Part shown: one piece after another, positions 1 to 13,300 of the stretch
How positions within the stretch are numbered: the first letter of the stretch is position 1
Layout of the letters: the number at the start of each line of letters is the position of its first letter
NCBI RefSeq assembly: GCF_963506605.1
Contig: NC_083277.1
Span: 92,318,001 to 92,382,000, forward strand
Direction: 5' to 3'
DNA: 64,000 nucleotides
DNA from: Zootoca vivipara
Lineage: Eukaryota
The notes under the pieces: generated by a model
Database searches by the model: none
What the model was told of the DNA's origin: nothing
The model's input: the letters and a program-made list of their open reading frames with translations, nothing else
Program-made: the position numbers and the translations under genes

Positions 1-68
1 ACCACCCACGCCCAGCCTCGGTCCTGGTCTTTGGAGATCCTAGCGGTTGCCTCTTCTTCTTTGGACAT
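1..68 (-). CDS. SLC16A5: Monocarboxylate transporter (MCT6) first coding exon, N-terminus only; runs off the window start
   Basis: Minus strand from ATG at 68 reads MSKEEEATARISKDQDRGWAWVV, matching the SLC16 TM1 entry motif (PDGGWGWVV; human MCT6 ADGSWAWVV). Pyrimidine-rich acceptors lie just upstream (~145 and ~175). Position next to TRIM80/KCTD2/ATP5PD matches mammalian synteny. Confidence 0.85.
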   Translation of the reverse strand, partial: MSKEEEATARISKDQDRGWAWV

Positions 69-1859
69 TTTCCTTTGGATGTTATTATTTTTTTCCTGAG
101 CAAGCCTTGTTAGAGGAAAATGCACAAATGAGATTGATGCAGCAGCTGCAAAGAAGACATAAAAGAAGAGTTGCTGAAAAACAGAAGAATTTTTTGTGCT
201 TCTCTAGGGAGCTTCTCAGTTCTGTTCACAAGCTTCTGCTGTCACCAGCCTGCCTGAGAAAGGTCCGTCATCTCCTTTTATTTCACAAGATTATGAATGC
301 TTCCAGGTATAACGTTAGACACACCTCCAGTGAGGAAAGAGCTAGCTGGCATTACTCAGCACCTTGCCCGTTTTCCCTTTCACCTGCTTTCGGTCAGTGG
401 AACCCCCTTGCTGCCTTTATCTAATGTCATAAAACTCTTGTGTCAAGAGAAGAAGGCTCTGCCCGTAAATACCAATCCCAGTGTAAAGTCTATACAGTTC
501 TGCTAAGAATTAAGTTGTAATGACTGCTCTTGCACAGGCTCCTGTCCGAGTTGCCCTATTTGTCCCAGGATAGAACAGAAAGTTCCTTTCACTTTTAAAC
601 GGCGAGTAAGGCCCCATTCGGCTGCACACTCTAGGGACATGTTCACATGTTACATCTGCATTGATTTTTATATTTCCTTTGACTCTAATGTAATATTTAC
701 ATTGGCTGCAAATTACACCTGCTCTACAAAATGCATTTATTCTCCCATCCAGCCTACATAAAAACACAAGAGATCCCTTTCCCCAAAAAAAGTTGTTTTA
801 AGCATTAGGTGTGAAACCACTTTAATGAGAGTCCTTTCCCAGAACTGGGTTCCACAGCAAAGAAAAGACTTGGGCAACTCAGGTGTAGCTCCAGGGCTCC
901 AGGGAGCTTCCATATGACCTGTTTATTGAGAATTCATCCCATTTATTCCTACCCATCCCAGTGCATTCCCCCCCCCCCCATCACAAAAATGTCCAGTCTT
1001 TTTGAGAAGGGGATTTGTTGCACAAGTTTGTTCCAATCAACGGCAATCACGTAACCTGCATTTGCCGTATGTGAGTGAATCACCGTCCCCCAACCCCAAA
1101 TAGTGGCAACTTGGAAGTGCCCTCCAAAATAAATAAATAAAAGAGACCTTTGTTTCCTTTGGAATGCCCCAGTCAGTTATGCAGGAGTGGAGATGGGGAA
1201 ACAGCTTGTGCAATATTTGTTCCATCAGATAAAATATGGGGTGCCCTCGTTACTCTGAGCTACTAACGGTCAGCAGAAGCAGGTACAAAGGAACATGGGT
1301 GTTATCTAGGTGACCTCTAGCAGGGTCAGGACTGGCCTGGTCCAGTTGAAAAATGCATGGTTGGCCCACTATTCTACTGCCACACCTGACCAGGTATTTT
1401 GCTGGCGGAGAGTCGGAGGAAGAAGTTGGGGCGCATGCCTCCAAGCTGCCAGGCAATTGCAAGGTGCCTTCTTCTGTATGTTCCTCTCCCCTGAGTCCCA
1501 TAAACTAGCCAGTGTAGACTAGTAGTCTCCCAGGTATTTAGGGGATCATGTGTTACCAACAGCCTGTTTTCCAACCCTCAAATTTTCACCAGAAGTAATG
1601 GTAGTTAATGCCATGCAAATGATTCAAAAGCAGGAAGGTGGTCACCCTCTATGGATTCTGCAGCCTGAAATGCCCATTTCATGTTGCTGCATAGTAACGC
1701 TGGTGCTGAATGCAGAACATTGTGACCTCCTTGGTGCTATGCTACAGCAAGTTCCCAAGGCAGGAGTTATGAAGGTTCTTATGAGCCTGAACACCAAATC
1801 CCCTTATTTCTCAGCTATGGTGCTGAAAACTGATTGGACAACACACACTCACACCTGTT

Positions 1860-1925
1860 TTGTTGTTTAGTCGTTTAGTTGTGTCCAACTCTTTATGACC
1901 CCATGGACCAGAGCATGCCAGACAC
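1860..1925 (-). mobile_element. RTE-BovB LINE 3' end fragment
   Basis: ttgttgtttagtcgtttagttgtgtccaactctttatgacccc is the reverse complement of the BovB 3' terminus also seen at 26328-26455. Confidence 0.7.
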
Positions 1926-2159
1926 AGTACCAAGAGATAATTTTGTGCCCACTAACTGGCTCCTCTAGTGTGACCTGCAAGTCACACAAGCTAGAAGTTT
2001 CAGAGTGGGAGCAAGGCAATCCATTTCACCATCACAGCCACACTTGCTGGTTTACTGACCCTTTATGGGTGCTCCAGATATTAAAATACCATACTCTATT
2101 TGCAAGTTACATTTTATTTATACTTAATTTTTAAATACTATGGGGCCAGGTACTTGTGT

Positions 2160-2164
2160 ACACA

Positions 2165-2211
<47 letters not shown>
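2160..2211. repeat. (CA)n microsatellite
   Basis: Directly visible. Confidence 0.95.
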
Positions 2212-2213
<2 letters not shown>

Positions 2214-2879
2214 GTGTGAGATGTAGCTCAATACATGCAACTATTTTTCACAGAACACAGATCATCCTGGCTGGAGTTGGTCAGATAAGGGGTGACAATG
2301 GTATATTTAGACTCTTCCTGCTTCATAGCTATATACTGTAGTTCTTGCCCCTAGTACTTAACATTTGCTTGGAAATGTTCATAGTTGTACAGTTCTTGCC
2401 ACCAGCATTTAAATGTTTAGAGAAAAGTGTTCAAAGTGCTGGTGCTTGTAAAAGGATCCCCTAGTAAAAGTCTTGGTGATCTGTAAAGAAAGCCCACTGC
2501 TCTTATCTCAATATTGCAGGTGAGAGAATTGAGACCTAGTGATTTTGAGGCTGAGACAAAATTTGAGCCCAAGTTCACTGCTCTGGCTCTCCGCCGGTAC
2601 ACAACACAGCATCTCTGGAGTCATGAGCTGCAACAGCTGCCTCTTTAAAAACATCAACAGCGATACCAAACGGGAACTCCAGAACTTGTTGCTCAAACCA
2701 ATCCATGTGGTTCTATGGAGCCAGTTTCAGGGCTGCCTCCCTAACTCTCTATACGGAATCAGAAAAATGGCCCTCCAGACAAGCGTCCGATTTTCAGTTT
2801 AGATTTCTGCAAAGGGGTATTAGAAAGGGGTGGGTTTGCTTCGACCCCCCGCACTGTTTTAAGCAGCGGCAATTTCGAA

Positions 2880-3620
2880 ACAGAGCTCCCTTCCAAGGGC
2901 TCGCCCGAGAGAGAACCCTGCAACGCCTCGGGGATCCCGAGAAAGCTTACGCCTTACGGCAACTCTCAGCTTTGGTGTCGACCGAGAATGAGAAAGGGAT
3001 TGTTCCGGTTTCGGACCAGGTGCCCCCAGGGTCGGAGGGGAGGGGGCGTCGTCGTTCCTTTCTCTCCCGAAAACAGGAAATCAAGACCAGGCACCCTTCG
3101 ATCCAGTGTCCTTCAATCACGAAGGGGAACCTTTCTGCGCTTTAGGCGCGGGGATACCCCCATCCCTTGCTTCCCCCCAGGGATCCCCCTCTGGCGTCAG
3201 TTAGGGTGAGTGAAGAATCCCCATAAGGAAGTGCAGAGCAGTGGCTGGGATCTTAAGAACTCTCTCTCTCTCCCCCCCGCCACCCCCGCGGTCTGGCAGT
3301 GATCTTGATCGGGTTCCCCAGCCGATCGCCGCCTGCTCACCTGCTCACGCCGCTGCTTCCTCCCTTCCGAGGGGGGCGACCCCGTGTGGCCCCTTCCTCT
3401 TCGCTCTCCACCCCGCTCCACTTCCTCCAAGGGCCGGCCGAGCTCTCGACTCCGGTTCGCTTTCGGTTGCTTATGGAAGAGGAGGAGGAGGAGGAGACTT
3501 GGAAGCCGGAGAGCCGAGAGCGTCGCGCGCTGCCGGAGGAGCCCGGGGCGGGCTGAGGTCAAAGGGGGCCGAGGTCAGGTTCCTGTTCCATAGGGTGGCG
3601 AGGAGAGGAGCCTATTGTTG
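2880..3620 (-). promoter_or_regulatory. CpG island / probable SLC16A5 promoter and non-coding first exon
   Basis: Strongly GC- and CpG-rich. Minus-strand donor CAG|GTGAGC at ~3340, GC box GGGGCGGG at ~3545, AGGTCA half-sites at 3556-3561 and 3572-3577. Confidence 0.65.
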
Positions 3621-6288
3621 TTTTTGCTTAATTTGATTGGGATCGTGGGATCTGAGCGGGCTGCCTTGGTCCTCCCCCCCCCGCATGCCTTATAGATCTG
3701 TTTCCAAGAGTTGTTTACAAGGTCCTAGATCTCATGGAGGTGGCAAGCCTGTATCTGTGTGTCGCTTCAGGCTGCAGGTGGGGGATTTGTACGTGCTTAT
3801 CTCACCCTTCCTCCTTGGTAAAGGCGGTTCTCGTCTCCCTTGTTTTACCCTCGTTTCTCCTACAGCCCTGCGATGTAGGTGAGCCCAGAGAGAGGGGGGG
3901 AAACTGGCCCAAGGTCACCCCACTGAACTGCATAACTGAGCAGGGGGAAGCCCAGTGCTGCTATAACACCATAGGAGCCAAACCTTAGGGGTAGGGTGGC
4001 CAGACTCAATAGAGGACAGGACTTCTGTGACTTTAATTGCCCTGCTCTCTTTTGAGTCTGGAAACCTTAAAGAGAAACCAGCAGACCCTTTGTTTAATTT
4101 CCAAGCAAAGGGTCCTTTCAGCATCCCCCTCCCCCAATAAAATATTTTAGGGGCCCCCTAAAGTTAAGGGGAATTCCCACTCAAATGGGGTGTGGGGGTG
4201 TGTGCCATGTCATGTGATGGATTATGTGGGCGGGGCTTACTGTCGTCTCCCCCCCCCTCAATATTTTATTCAAGTCCACACCCCTGTATAGCACACTGTC
4301 TGATGGAACTGGTACTCCGCACCAAACAAAATGTCCCTGCACATAGAAAACTAGCATGTCAGGATTCTGACCTTGCCTCCCACCCCCTCCCGGCATCACA
4401 CGTTTTCTATTCTTGCAGGGAAACAACCCTCGCTTTGCAGCCCAGACACACATTTCCCAGCTCAGGAAGAAATATGTAGTTCATAGGTAAGTTAATGCAG
4501 GGGCGAAACTAGGCTTTATTTCACCCGGGTCAAAGGCCCAGTTTGGCAGAAAAAGAAAAACCCACATGCAGTTGTGTACACACAGAGAGAGACTGGGAAT
4601 CTCAATGGCACCCCAGGGCAAAACAAACAAACAAACAAACAAACAAACAAACAAACAAAAACCTGGCTAGCCCCCCCTTAGCTACCGCACTGGTTAATGT
4701 ATTCCCCCCCCCGGCTTGTAATAGACACACACACACACGAAGCTACCTCATATCATACATAAAAGAAGGTAATAAATTACGATTCAGAATTAAACCCAAG
4801 TTTGCTTAGGGCTGCTTGAAATGACAGCTCTATAAAGCCTGTCTCCCCTGGGGAAGGGTAAGGGTATCAGTGGCTACCAGCCTTTGGCCCCCACAATAAA
4901 ATATTTGAGGGTGCCAGGCCCCCACAAAGTTGATGGGCATTCCCATTCAAATGGGGTGTGTGAGGCTGTGTCATGTGATATGAGGGGCAAGACTTAACAT
5001 GGGACTTACCTACAATATTTTACTAAACGGGTCACTGGCTCTCCTTATGTTCTAATGCAGTCATTTGCCAATTATCAGAGCTAAGAGGTATGTCAGTATC
5101 AGGAAATTCAACCCCCCCCAAAAGTAATAATCAGGTATTTTGGAGTAAAGGAAAATATGACCTCTTCTTTGTGGGTATAAACTATATTGCCTGTCCTTGA
5201 CTAATACTCACGTGTAAGCTGGTCCTCCTACAGGATTCGTTAGGGTATATTTTATTGTGACTCTTTTGAAAGCTCAAGGGTGTTGGTTACTACACTTCAG
5301 AGCAATATACGGTAGATTAAATAACATTCTAAACAAAGACCAATAAAAGACAATATTGTTGTTGTTGTTGTTGTTTTAAACAACCCCTGTTCTGTTCTTC
5401 TTTCCAGCTCCTTGCTTTCCCAGAAAGGAACATCTGGAAAACTGGCAACTTCACAAGGGGAGGAAGTTGTTGTACCTTTATGTTTTCCTTACTAGTAAAT
5501 ATTTAGGTTCCCTTGCACAGGCCTCAGGGATAGAGAGTTGAGTGGATAAATTGCAGAAATATTTACATGCACTGAAAATTTGAGTTTCTTGGGGCAAATG
5601 AAGTAAACTGGAAATGACTCATGTGTGACTGTGTCTCAGCTGTCTAGATTTAAATGTCACCCTCTGAACCTTTGGAACCCTTTAATAAAAGGCCTGAAGA
5701 GGCTGCGGCTCATGTCAGTGCTATTCAAATCTGCCGTACTGAATAATAGACTCATAGTAGAGTTGCAAGGGACACCCAGAGTCGTCTCGGGTGGACCGGA
5801 GGCAAATACATGCACCAGAGCAAGTGAGGGATAGGCCATTGCTGCTGAGCATGCCCAAAGGGCAGAGTGAGCAGGCTCTGGAAGGGCTTTTCAGTGCTCT
5901 GCTGTGGATGCACCTTGTGGTGTTGCTTGGCAAGGGGAAGAGCTGAAGAAGGGCGGCCATAGAAGACAGCAGGCTAATGTCGCTCATGGAAGGAGCGGGT
6001 GGCCAGTAGGAAATGCTGCTCTGTGATCAGAGGTCAACTGTGGGCTGGATGAGGGCAACAATGGCAGGCACTCTTAGGAATAAGAGCCTCCAGTCCACTT
6101 GTAATCGGCATTCTTCTGGTCACCTTGCAAAGCCATTCCCCAAACCTGCAGGTCACTTATGGTCGGCACCCAAATGAAGATGCCAGCATTGGGAAAGAGC
6201 AGCATGCCTCTGAGAATGTGCAGAGTGCCCACCCTCCGCGCCCTGTGCCCCCTGCTTGCAGCTGAGCAGTACCAACAACACGGTTCAA

Positions 6289-6757
6289 GAAGGATACTGA
6301 CAAGCTGGAACGTGTCCAGAGGAGGGCAACCAAAATGGTCAAAGGCCTGGAAACAATGCCTTATGAGGAACGGCTTAGGGAGCTGGGTATGTTTAGCCTG
6401 GAGAAGAGAAGGTTAAGGGGTGATATGATAGCCATGTTCAAATATATAAAAGGATGTCATATAGAAGAGGGTGAAAGGTTGTTTTCTGCTGCTCCAGAGA
6501 AGCGGACACGGAGCAATGGATTCAAGCTACAAGAAAGAAGATTCCACCTAAACATTAGGAAGAATTTCCTGACAGTAAGAGCTGTTCGACAGTGGAATTT
6601 GCTGCCAAGGAGTGTGGTGGAGTCTTTTTCTTTGGAGGTCTTTAAGCGGAATTTTGACAGTCATCTGTCAGGAATGCTTTGATGGTGTTTCCTGCTTGGC
6701 AGGGGGTTGGACTGGATGGCCCTTGTGGTCTCTTCCAACTCTATGATTCTATGATTC
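6289..6757 (+). mobile_element. CR1 LINE 3' fragment
   Basis: ORF2 C-terminal text ([30 protein letters not shown]...) and (ATTCTATG)n tail. Confidence 0.95.
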
Positions 6758-6927
6758 TAACTTTTTCTCTAGGGGAGAAAAAGCACTGGAAAAGACTATG
6801 TAACTGAGCCATTGAAACACTTGGGGGAGTGTCAAATTTAATTGTTGCAAAGCTACTCCTAACTTTCAATGATATGTACAGTGTTTTGGATTTAGAAAAG
6901 GTGTGTGTTTTGGTTAAAACAATCACT

Positions 6928-7258
6928 AAAGGTAAAGGGACCCCTGACCATTAGGTCCAGTCATAACCGACTCTGGGGTTGCGGCGCTCATCTCGCGTTA
7001 TTGGCCAAGGGAGCTAGTGTACAGCTTCCGGGTCATGTGGCCAGCATGACTAAGCCGCTTCTGGCGAACCAGAGCAGCACACGGAAACGCCGTTTACCTT
7101 CCCACTGTAGCAGTACCTATTTATCTACTTGCACTTTGAGGTGCTTTTGCACTGCTAGGTTGGCAGGAGCTTGGACTGAGCAACAGAAGCTCACCCCATC
7201 GCGGGGATTCAAACTGCCGACCTTCTGACTGGCAAGCCCTAGGCACTGTGGTTTAACC
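6928..7258 (-). mobile_element. Sauria SINE
   Basis: aaaggtaaagggacccctgacc...cttccgggtcatgtggccagcatgactaagccgcttctggcg...ggtttaacc is the reverse complement of the Sauria SINE body. Confidence 0.9.
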
Positions 7259-8439
7259 ATATCACCAAGGGATATGGTAAATTATGTTGACAGAGTACCA
7301 GATAAGACTTTACATGGCCACAGGCAAAATATTTTGGAAGATAGTGTCTCTTGTTGAGCAGGAGAGCCCATGCTTTTCAGACAAAGTTAAGATGATTTCA
7401 GGAAAGTCAGCTGAAACAAAATTTCCCATATTGGTTAGGGAGGACCTAAATCACATGCCAAGCCTTACTTAAAACAACAACAAAACAACAACAACAACAA
7501 AAACCCAAAGATTTATTATGAGCAATGGCTTTTGCTTATCTGCTGGAGCTGTGCAGGATTCAAGTTTTCTTGAAGATGAAAATTGAGATTTCCACATCCC
7601 CAAACATGAATCTAGAAATAACATGAGGAAGGCTTGTTTAGGTTATATGCAGCCATTCTAATGTCTCCATTGTGTACATTGTGTGCTGCATACTGATCTC
7701 AGGGGTCTCTCACAGGGGTAAAATGCTAATAGTAGAGTTTTCTGCTGTGAAGCGCTCAGGAGCCCAGGGCAAGAGGGAACTCCAAAACCTCATTCTGCAT
7801 TGCTGCTTGGAAAACAGCCAGAGAAAGTGCGCACCCATCAAATGTGAACGCAGGACGAAGTGAACAAATGTCTTTTTCTGAGCACCAGAAGACTACACCC
7901 TTGAAAACAAGGCTGTGAACCTGAGGGTTGCTTTGTAGCGCTGTGAGTGCCTTGGGAGTGAGTGTCTTTAGATGCAGCCATGGAGACACTGGGATGCAGC
8001 CAAGGGCTGTCATCCGAGGTAAATTGCTGGCAACTGCTGCCAGCAAGGGATAATTAACAATCAAAAGATCTTAAACTGTAACTTGAAAGAGCCTGTCAGG
8101 TGGTTGTAATGACTTGTTAAGTTAATCCACCTACTCAAGGGACCGGCTGGACACCCGGTCCCCAAGAGTTCGAAAGACACCTGCGCCTCTTCAGAACAAT
8201 GCTTTGCAGGGGATTATTCTGCAGAAGCACAGGCAGGCCTTTCAAGAGAGTCACAGACTCGGAGGGGGGGGGCGGATTGGGTGTCTGCAAATAATCATAC
8301 TGCAGTTCATGAGAATGAGATCATGTGTGAATGTAGCTGTGAAACAATTAACTCAGTTTTTTTTTAAGCTGCAGTGGGTAGAGAGAAGCTGGAAATGAAG
8401 CAAGCGATATTGTCTGGCTTTGGTGCAGTGATCATGAAT

Positions 8440-8990
8440 AAGATAAGATAGCTAAGATATCTTTATTGTTATTGTCCCCTTGCGGGAGCAACGAGGTTAC
8501 TCAGTTGCTACATCCACTCAGATAAAGCATTCCGCATAATCCAAAATTACAAAACCTAATTAAAAACAGTAAATATAATACAACTAACAAGTAAAATAAG
8601 ATGACTTCAAAGTCCAGGCTTTCCATTTAAGGCCAAAATCGCTCTAGAGAAGAAACTGTTCCTGAGACGGCTCGTTCTTGCCTGCATAGTTCTATATCTC
8701 CGTCCCAATGGCAGGAGCTGAAACAAATGGTGACCAGGGTGCGTTGGATCTCTTGATATATCTAGTGCTTTTCTATGGCACCTGGTGGTGTAGATTTGTT
8801 CTAAGGTGGTGAGTGAGCAGCCAATAATGCTCTCTGCTGTTTTAATAATTCTACACAGCCCTGCTCTGTCCTGGGAAGTACAGCTTCCGTACCACACACA
8901 TAAACCGCACGTGAGCACGCTCTGTATGGCACAGTGATAGAAGGCAAGCAGCAGCTTTTGTGGAAGATGGTTTTTCCTTAAAATTCTCCT
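8440..8990 (-). mobile_element. Rex1/Babar-type LINE 3' fragment
   Basis: ORF 8607-9032 carries the C-terminal Rex/Babar-like motifs FYHCAIQSVLT..VWYG..HPGHHLFQLLP.GRRYR..RTSRLRNSFF, followed by a 3' UTR and a short repeat tail. Confidence 0.8.
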
Positions 8991-9709
8991 TTCCCAGTGA
9001 TTTTTGACATGTTGGATTGAACTTGTGAGCATTTCAATGGTGTCTCAGTTGTGACACTGCACCCTGGTTTTATTTTATCTTTCAAAACGGAGGTTGAATC
9101 TAAGACATGGTGGGGGGATCAACTCTCAAGGCAAATTGTTTTGCTTTCCGCTCTGCCTATGATGGCTTGCTCCTGAATGCATAGCATTCACACAGAGGAT
9201 CCTGGAATGTCTGTGGCCCATGAAAGCGCAAACAGTGCTGCCTTTGAGTTGGGTCCAACGGATACGTTTCAGATGCTAGCCCCTCCCAGTGAAATTTCCT
9301 ATGCCGTTGCACATTAACTGGGGTTTCCCCTCTGTAAACATGCTGCTCGGCTGAAAGGGAAAGATGCTTCTGGAGATGTGCGGAATTGCTTTTCCTTGGC
9401 TATGAAGCAACTCCACAGCAAGTGCCATGTAAAGAGGCTTTGGGGACAGCGTATTGAGGGAAAGGAATAGTAGGAGAGGCATTCTGTTTCATTTCAGACT
9501 GAGGACTTGAGCAGGTATGCAAATAAACACAGCAAGCGCCTGCCATAGAAACACCATGGGTTAAAAATTTAAAAGAGGCAGAAAGAAGAGAAAGAAAAAG
9601 TAGGAAAGAACCAGTAACATAGCCGGCTTCCCTCCTTGCTCCAAATGATTGTCTGCGGCAATCCTTTTCTCTTACTGAAAAACACATTTTGGTGTATCAT
9701 TTGCTTTAT

Positions 9710-10202
9710 AAAAAAATTCCTTCAGTAGCACCTTAAAGACCAACTAAGTTTTTATTTTGGTATGAGCTTTTGTGTGCATGCACACTTCTTCAGATACACT
9801 TGAAACAGAAGTAACCAGACCCTTATGTATATACAGAGGGTAGTTCATCCCAGGTAGCTCCAAAGACATAGGATTCTTATCTCATTATGCATGATCAAGC
9901 TTTCTTTAGCGCCTCAGCCCTTGCTCCCCCCCCCCGCAGGACCAATTGCAGTCATCATCAGTCATTAACAGCCATCAACAGGTCTACCACTCCTATCAGC
10001 CCATCACCCATTCCCACCCACCCCCACTACCCTCTGTATATACATAAGGGTCTGGTTACTTCTGTTTCAAGTGTATCTGAAGAAGTGTGCATGCACACGA
10101 AATCTCATACCAAAATAAAAACTTAGTTGGTCTTTAAGGTGCTACTGAAGGAATTTTTAAAATTTTGCTTCGACTCAGACCAACACGGCTACCTACCTGT
10201 AA
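9710..10202. mobile_element. Penelope-like retroelement remnant with inverted pseudo-LTR arms
   Basis: ~133-bp inverted arms at 9712-9844 and 10026-10158. Penelope terminal text (gaagaagtgtgcatgcacacgaaa...ggtctttaaggtgctactg; gaccaacacggctacc). Flanking 12-bp direct repeat CATTTGCTTTAT at 9698-9709 and 10203-10214. Confidence 0.85.
10073..10110 (+). ncRNA. Minimal type I hammerhead ribozyme motif (Penelope-derived)
   Basis: GTAT-CTGAAGA-A-GTGTGCATGCACAC-GAAA-TCTC-ATAC: stem I GUAU/AUAC, CUGANGA core, stem II hairpin, GAAA, UC cleavage position. The antisense copy at 9760-9797 has GAAA changed to AAAA. Confidence 0.6.
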
Positions 10203-10342
10203 CATTTGCTTTATGTTTATAGCCACGTGACTGAAAAAAGAAAAACGAATCCCACCTTAGCGGTAATGAGATAGAAGTTTATTTTATCAGCTATAGCAAA
10301 GCCCTCCTTGGCCTTTAAAGAGGGATATTTTCGGTGGCCTCT

Positions 10343-13300
10343 CTAGTCTGGGTGCTGTTTCAAAGTAATAGAGGCCCCACTGCTTACCATAGCAGCTGGG
10401 TAAAGAGGTTCGGTGAATATGGTGAGGAAACGGTAGATAAGGTTCATGGTGTTGGTGATGCCATAGAAAGTCAGGGAGCCAGCAGCATAGTTTAGTAAGA
10501 CTCCAATTGTCTTATAGTAGCTGCCGTGCACCACGGTCTGAATATTGTTGTGCCAGACAGAGTACTTCAGTGAGTCCCACTCCAAGCACCATGAATTGCT
10601 GTTCCTGCCAAGCAGGTACAACATGCAAGCTTTCTCAGTTCTATGCTTGTAACTGTAGGTGACTCCCAAACACAGCCATGCGTTTGAAATCTCCGCCTCC
10701 CAGTAATGGCAGCCCTCACAGAGGCTGCGGGTGCACAAAAGCTGTGGCCAGTGGTTGAATCCTTGGCTGGGTTTTGAGTAGTTCTCCAACAAGATTCCCA
10801 TATTCAGCACCGAGTGGGTCTCCTTAAACAGGAAGAGTTCTTCGTTGGCAGTGCTAGCATCAAAATTCAGCAGACAGTAATCTGTTTCGTGGGAGGCAAA
10901 ACAAGGGGTGAAATGTCAAAAGATGCCACTCCAGGAAGGTGGACAAGGGTGGGCAGACCACGACTGAACAACTTCCAAAATCATAGAGTCACTGAGGCTA
11001 GAGGTGATTGGAATATAAACTTACTCCAGCCTCATGCCCAAGGCAAGGACCTCCAAGAATTCTCCCACATGCAGTCCCACCCATCAACCACCCTACAAAA
11101 CAATCTAGAAAATTTTGTTTATGTTATGTTATCATATGCTATCAGTCTTTCTCCAAGGAGCTCAGCGTAGTAGCAGTAGAGCAGGCATCCCCAAACTGCG
11201 GCCCTCCTGATGTTTGGCCTGCAACTCCCATGATTCCTAGCTAACAGGACCAGTGGTCAGGGATGATGGGAATTGTAGTCCAAAACATCTGGAGGGCCAA
11301 AGTTTGGGGATGCCTGCAGTAGAGCTTTGCTCCAAATGGTAAGAAATTTAAAGCGTTTCTGAACCACTTAATATTTTGAAACTCTTAAGCCGTTTACAAA
11401 AATACATCATAAAAACAATAAAACAGTACCGTATCATAAAAACAGAGATAAAACATAAATATCAGTAAAACAGTATTTAAAAGAGGAGGAGGAGGAGGAG
11501 GAGGAGGAGGAGGAGGAGGAGGAGTTTGGATTTGATATCCCGCTTTATCACTACCCGAAGGAGTCTCAAAGCGGCTAACATTCTCCTTTCCCTTCCTCCC
11601 CCACAACAAACACTCTGTGAGGTGAGTGGGGCTGAGAGACTTCAAAGAAGTGTGACTAGCCCAAGGTCACCCAGCAGCTGCATGTGGAGGAGCGGAGACG
11701 CGAACCCGGTTCCCCAGATTACGAGTCCACCGCTCTTAACCACTACACACACTGGCTCCAGTCTAATAGGTCAGGAATAACCTGGACAAAACGTTAATGT
11801 CACGAAATGACATCTGACACAACTAATGGATGGTCCTTCACATTTGGTAGAAAGGAGGACATTCCTGAGCGTGTAGGGACAATGGTGGAAAATGCCTGTT
11901 TCCGGGTAACCATTCTGTGGTATTCTATAGGGCGTTGTTTTGAGAGTAAAATTCCCTCAAATGATCTAATTGTTCTTATAGGTCTTTCAGATAACCTGAT
12001 TCCAAGTTGTTCAGGGCTTTATATGTTAGTAACAAGACCTTGAACATGGTCTGAGAACTGCTTGGCAGCCAGCCCTCCCACAGCTATTTTGTGTGGAAGA
12101 ACAAACAGTGTTTGCTGGCAGCCTTCAGGAATTCTTTCGTTTGAAATTTGCTTAGGGGAAAGTTTAAAGTTGCTGCTTCTTGAATCCCCAGGATTAAAAA
12201 AAAAGACTAAATAATTCTTACGGGGTTGGTAGAACTGTCAGATTTCACCTGGGATAGTGCTCCTCTTTACGAGAGGGAGAAATTTGGCTGTGCAGTTTCT
12301 TCCCTCATAGTATGTACTGCTATGCTGGAATCAGGATAGTATGCTAGGGTCCCCCCTGGCAAAGCACAAGCCGTGGCTAGAGCTTCACCTTCAGTCAGAG
12401 CAGGCCTTAGCATTAGCCAGAGTGGGACATCCCTTTCAGGCAGTGAGGGTTTGGATGGGTGTGGGAGCCATCTTGTCCTTTACCTCAGACCACAAAATGT
12501 CCTGGGCCTTGGAAGCTGTTGGGTTGGGTGGGTTCAGCACCAGAGTGGCCGGCCAAGTTGAACCCTGGCTGAGGGTCCCAGAGGCTTGGAAGGACCCACG
12601 CTGGTTCAACCCAGGCACATTGCCATTTGCACCACTATATATTACTGCATTAAGTTACCCAAACTGCAATATTCTGCCCATAGAAGATATATGAAATGTA
12701 TTGATTTCATAGATCTGTGGTCTGGATACGTCTAGGGGTAGAACTTTGGGCTGGGACATTGCAGTTTGGGTAGCTTAAGATGGCGGTGACCGTCATGGAT
12801 GGGAGACAAGCTCAGTTCCTGTTCAAAAGTGCCACCACTCATCCACCACTAAAACATGTCCTGAGGCCCCCCGGCAGAGGGTGACAAGTGGCATCACCAA
12901 TGTGGCAGCGGCAGCAGAGAAAGCATATGGCAGGCACCGTTGCCACAACCAGATCTGGATCCTGCCCTGGTTGTGGTAGGTGTTGGGTGGGTGGGCCCAT
13001 TGTCAGGGCTGAATCAAGGCCCCACAAAGTTTGGCACCAAGCTTGGGTGCACTGTTAGCATACCAACAGGAAGACACTAGGGCCCCCCTATGGCTGGACT
13101 CCCATATACTGCCTGCAACATTACTAGGGTTCAATGAAGATTACAAAAGGCTGAGGTTTGCTATTCATACTCAGTGGCCGGAAGCCACAAGCACCTCCAG
13201 CCTCAATAAAGGACACTGTGCCTTTCACCTGCTTGCGGCAGTCACCTGATGCTGTTGCTTTCTTGCTAGCTCTCAGTTGATATCAGGATGATAACGGCGG

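Noticed and set aside
3197-3636. Overlapping 85-131 aa ORFs in the CpG island
   Set aside because: Low-complexity Pro/Arg/Gly frames expected in GC-rich promoter DNA; no domain recognised.
6335-6682. 115-aa ORF, with similar ones at 19881 and 55453
   Set aside because: CR1 ORF2 remnants, not host genes.
12100-12180. Minus-strand QTKEFLK as the missing TRIM linker exon
   Set aside because: No GT donor after the motif, and the frame hits a stop.
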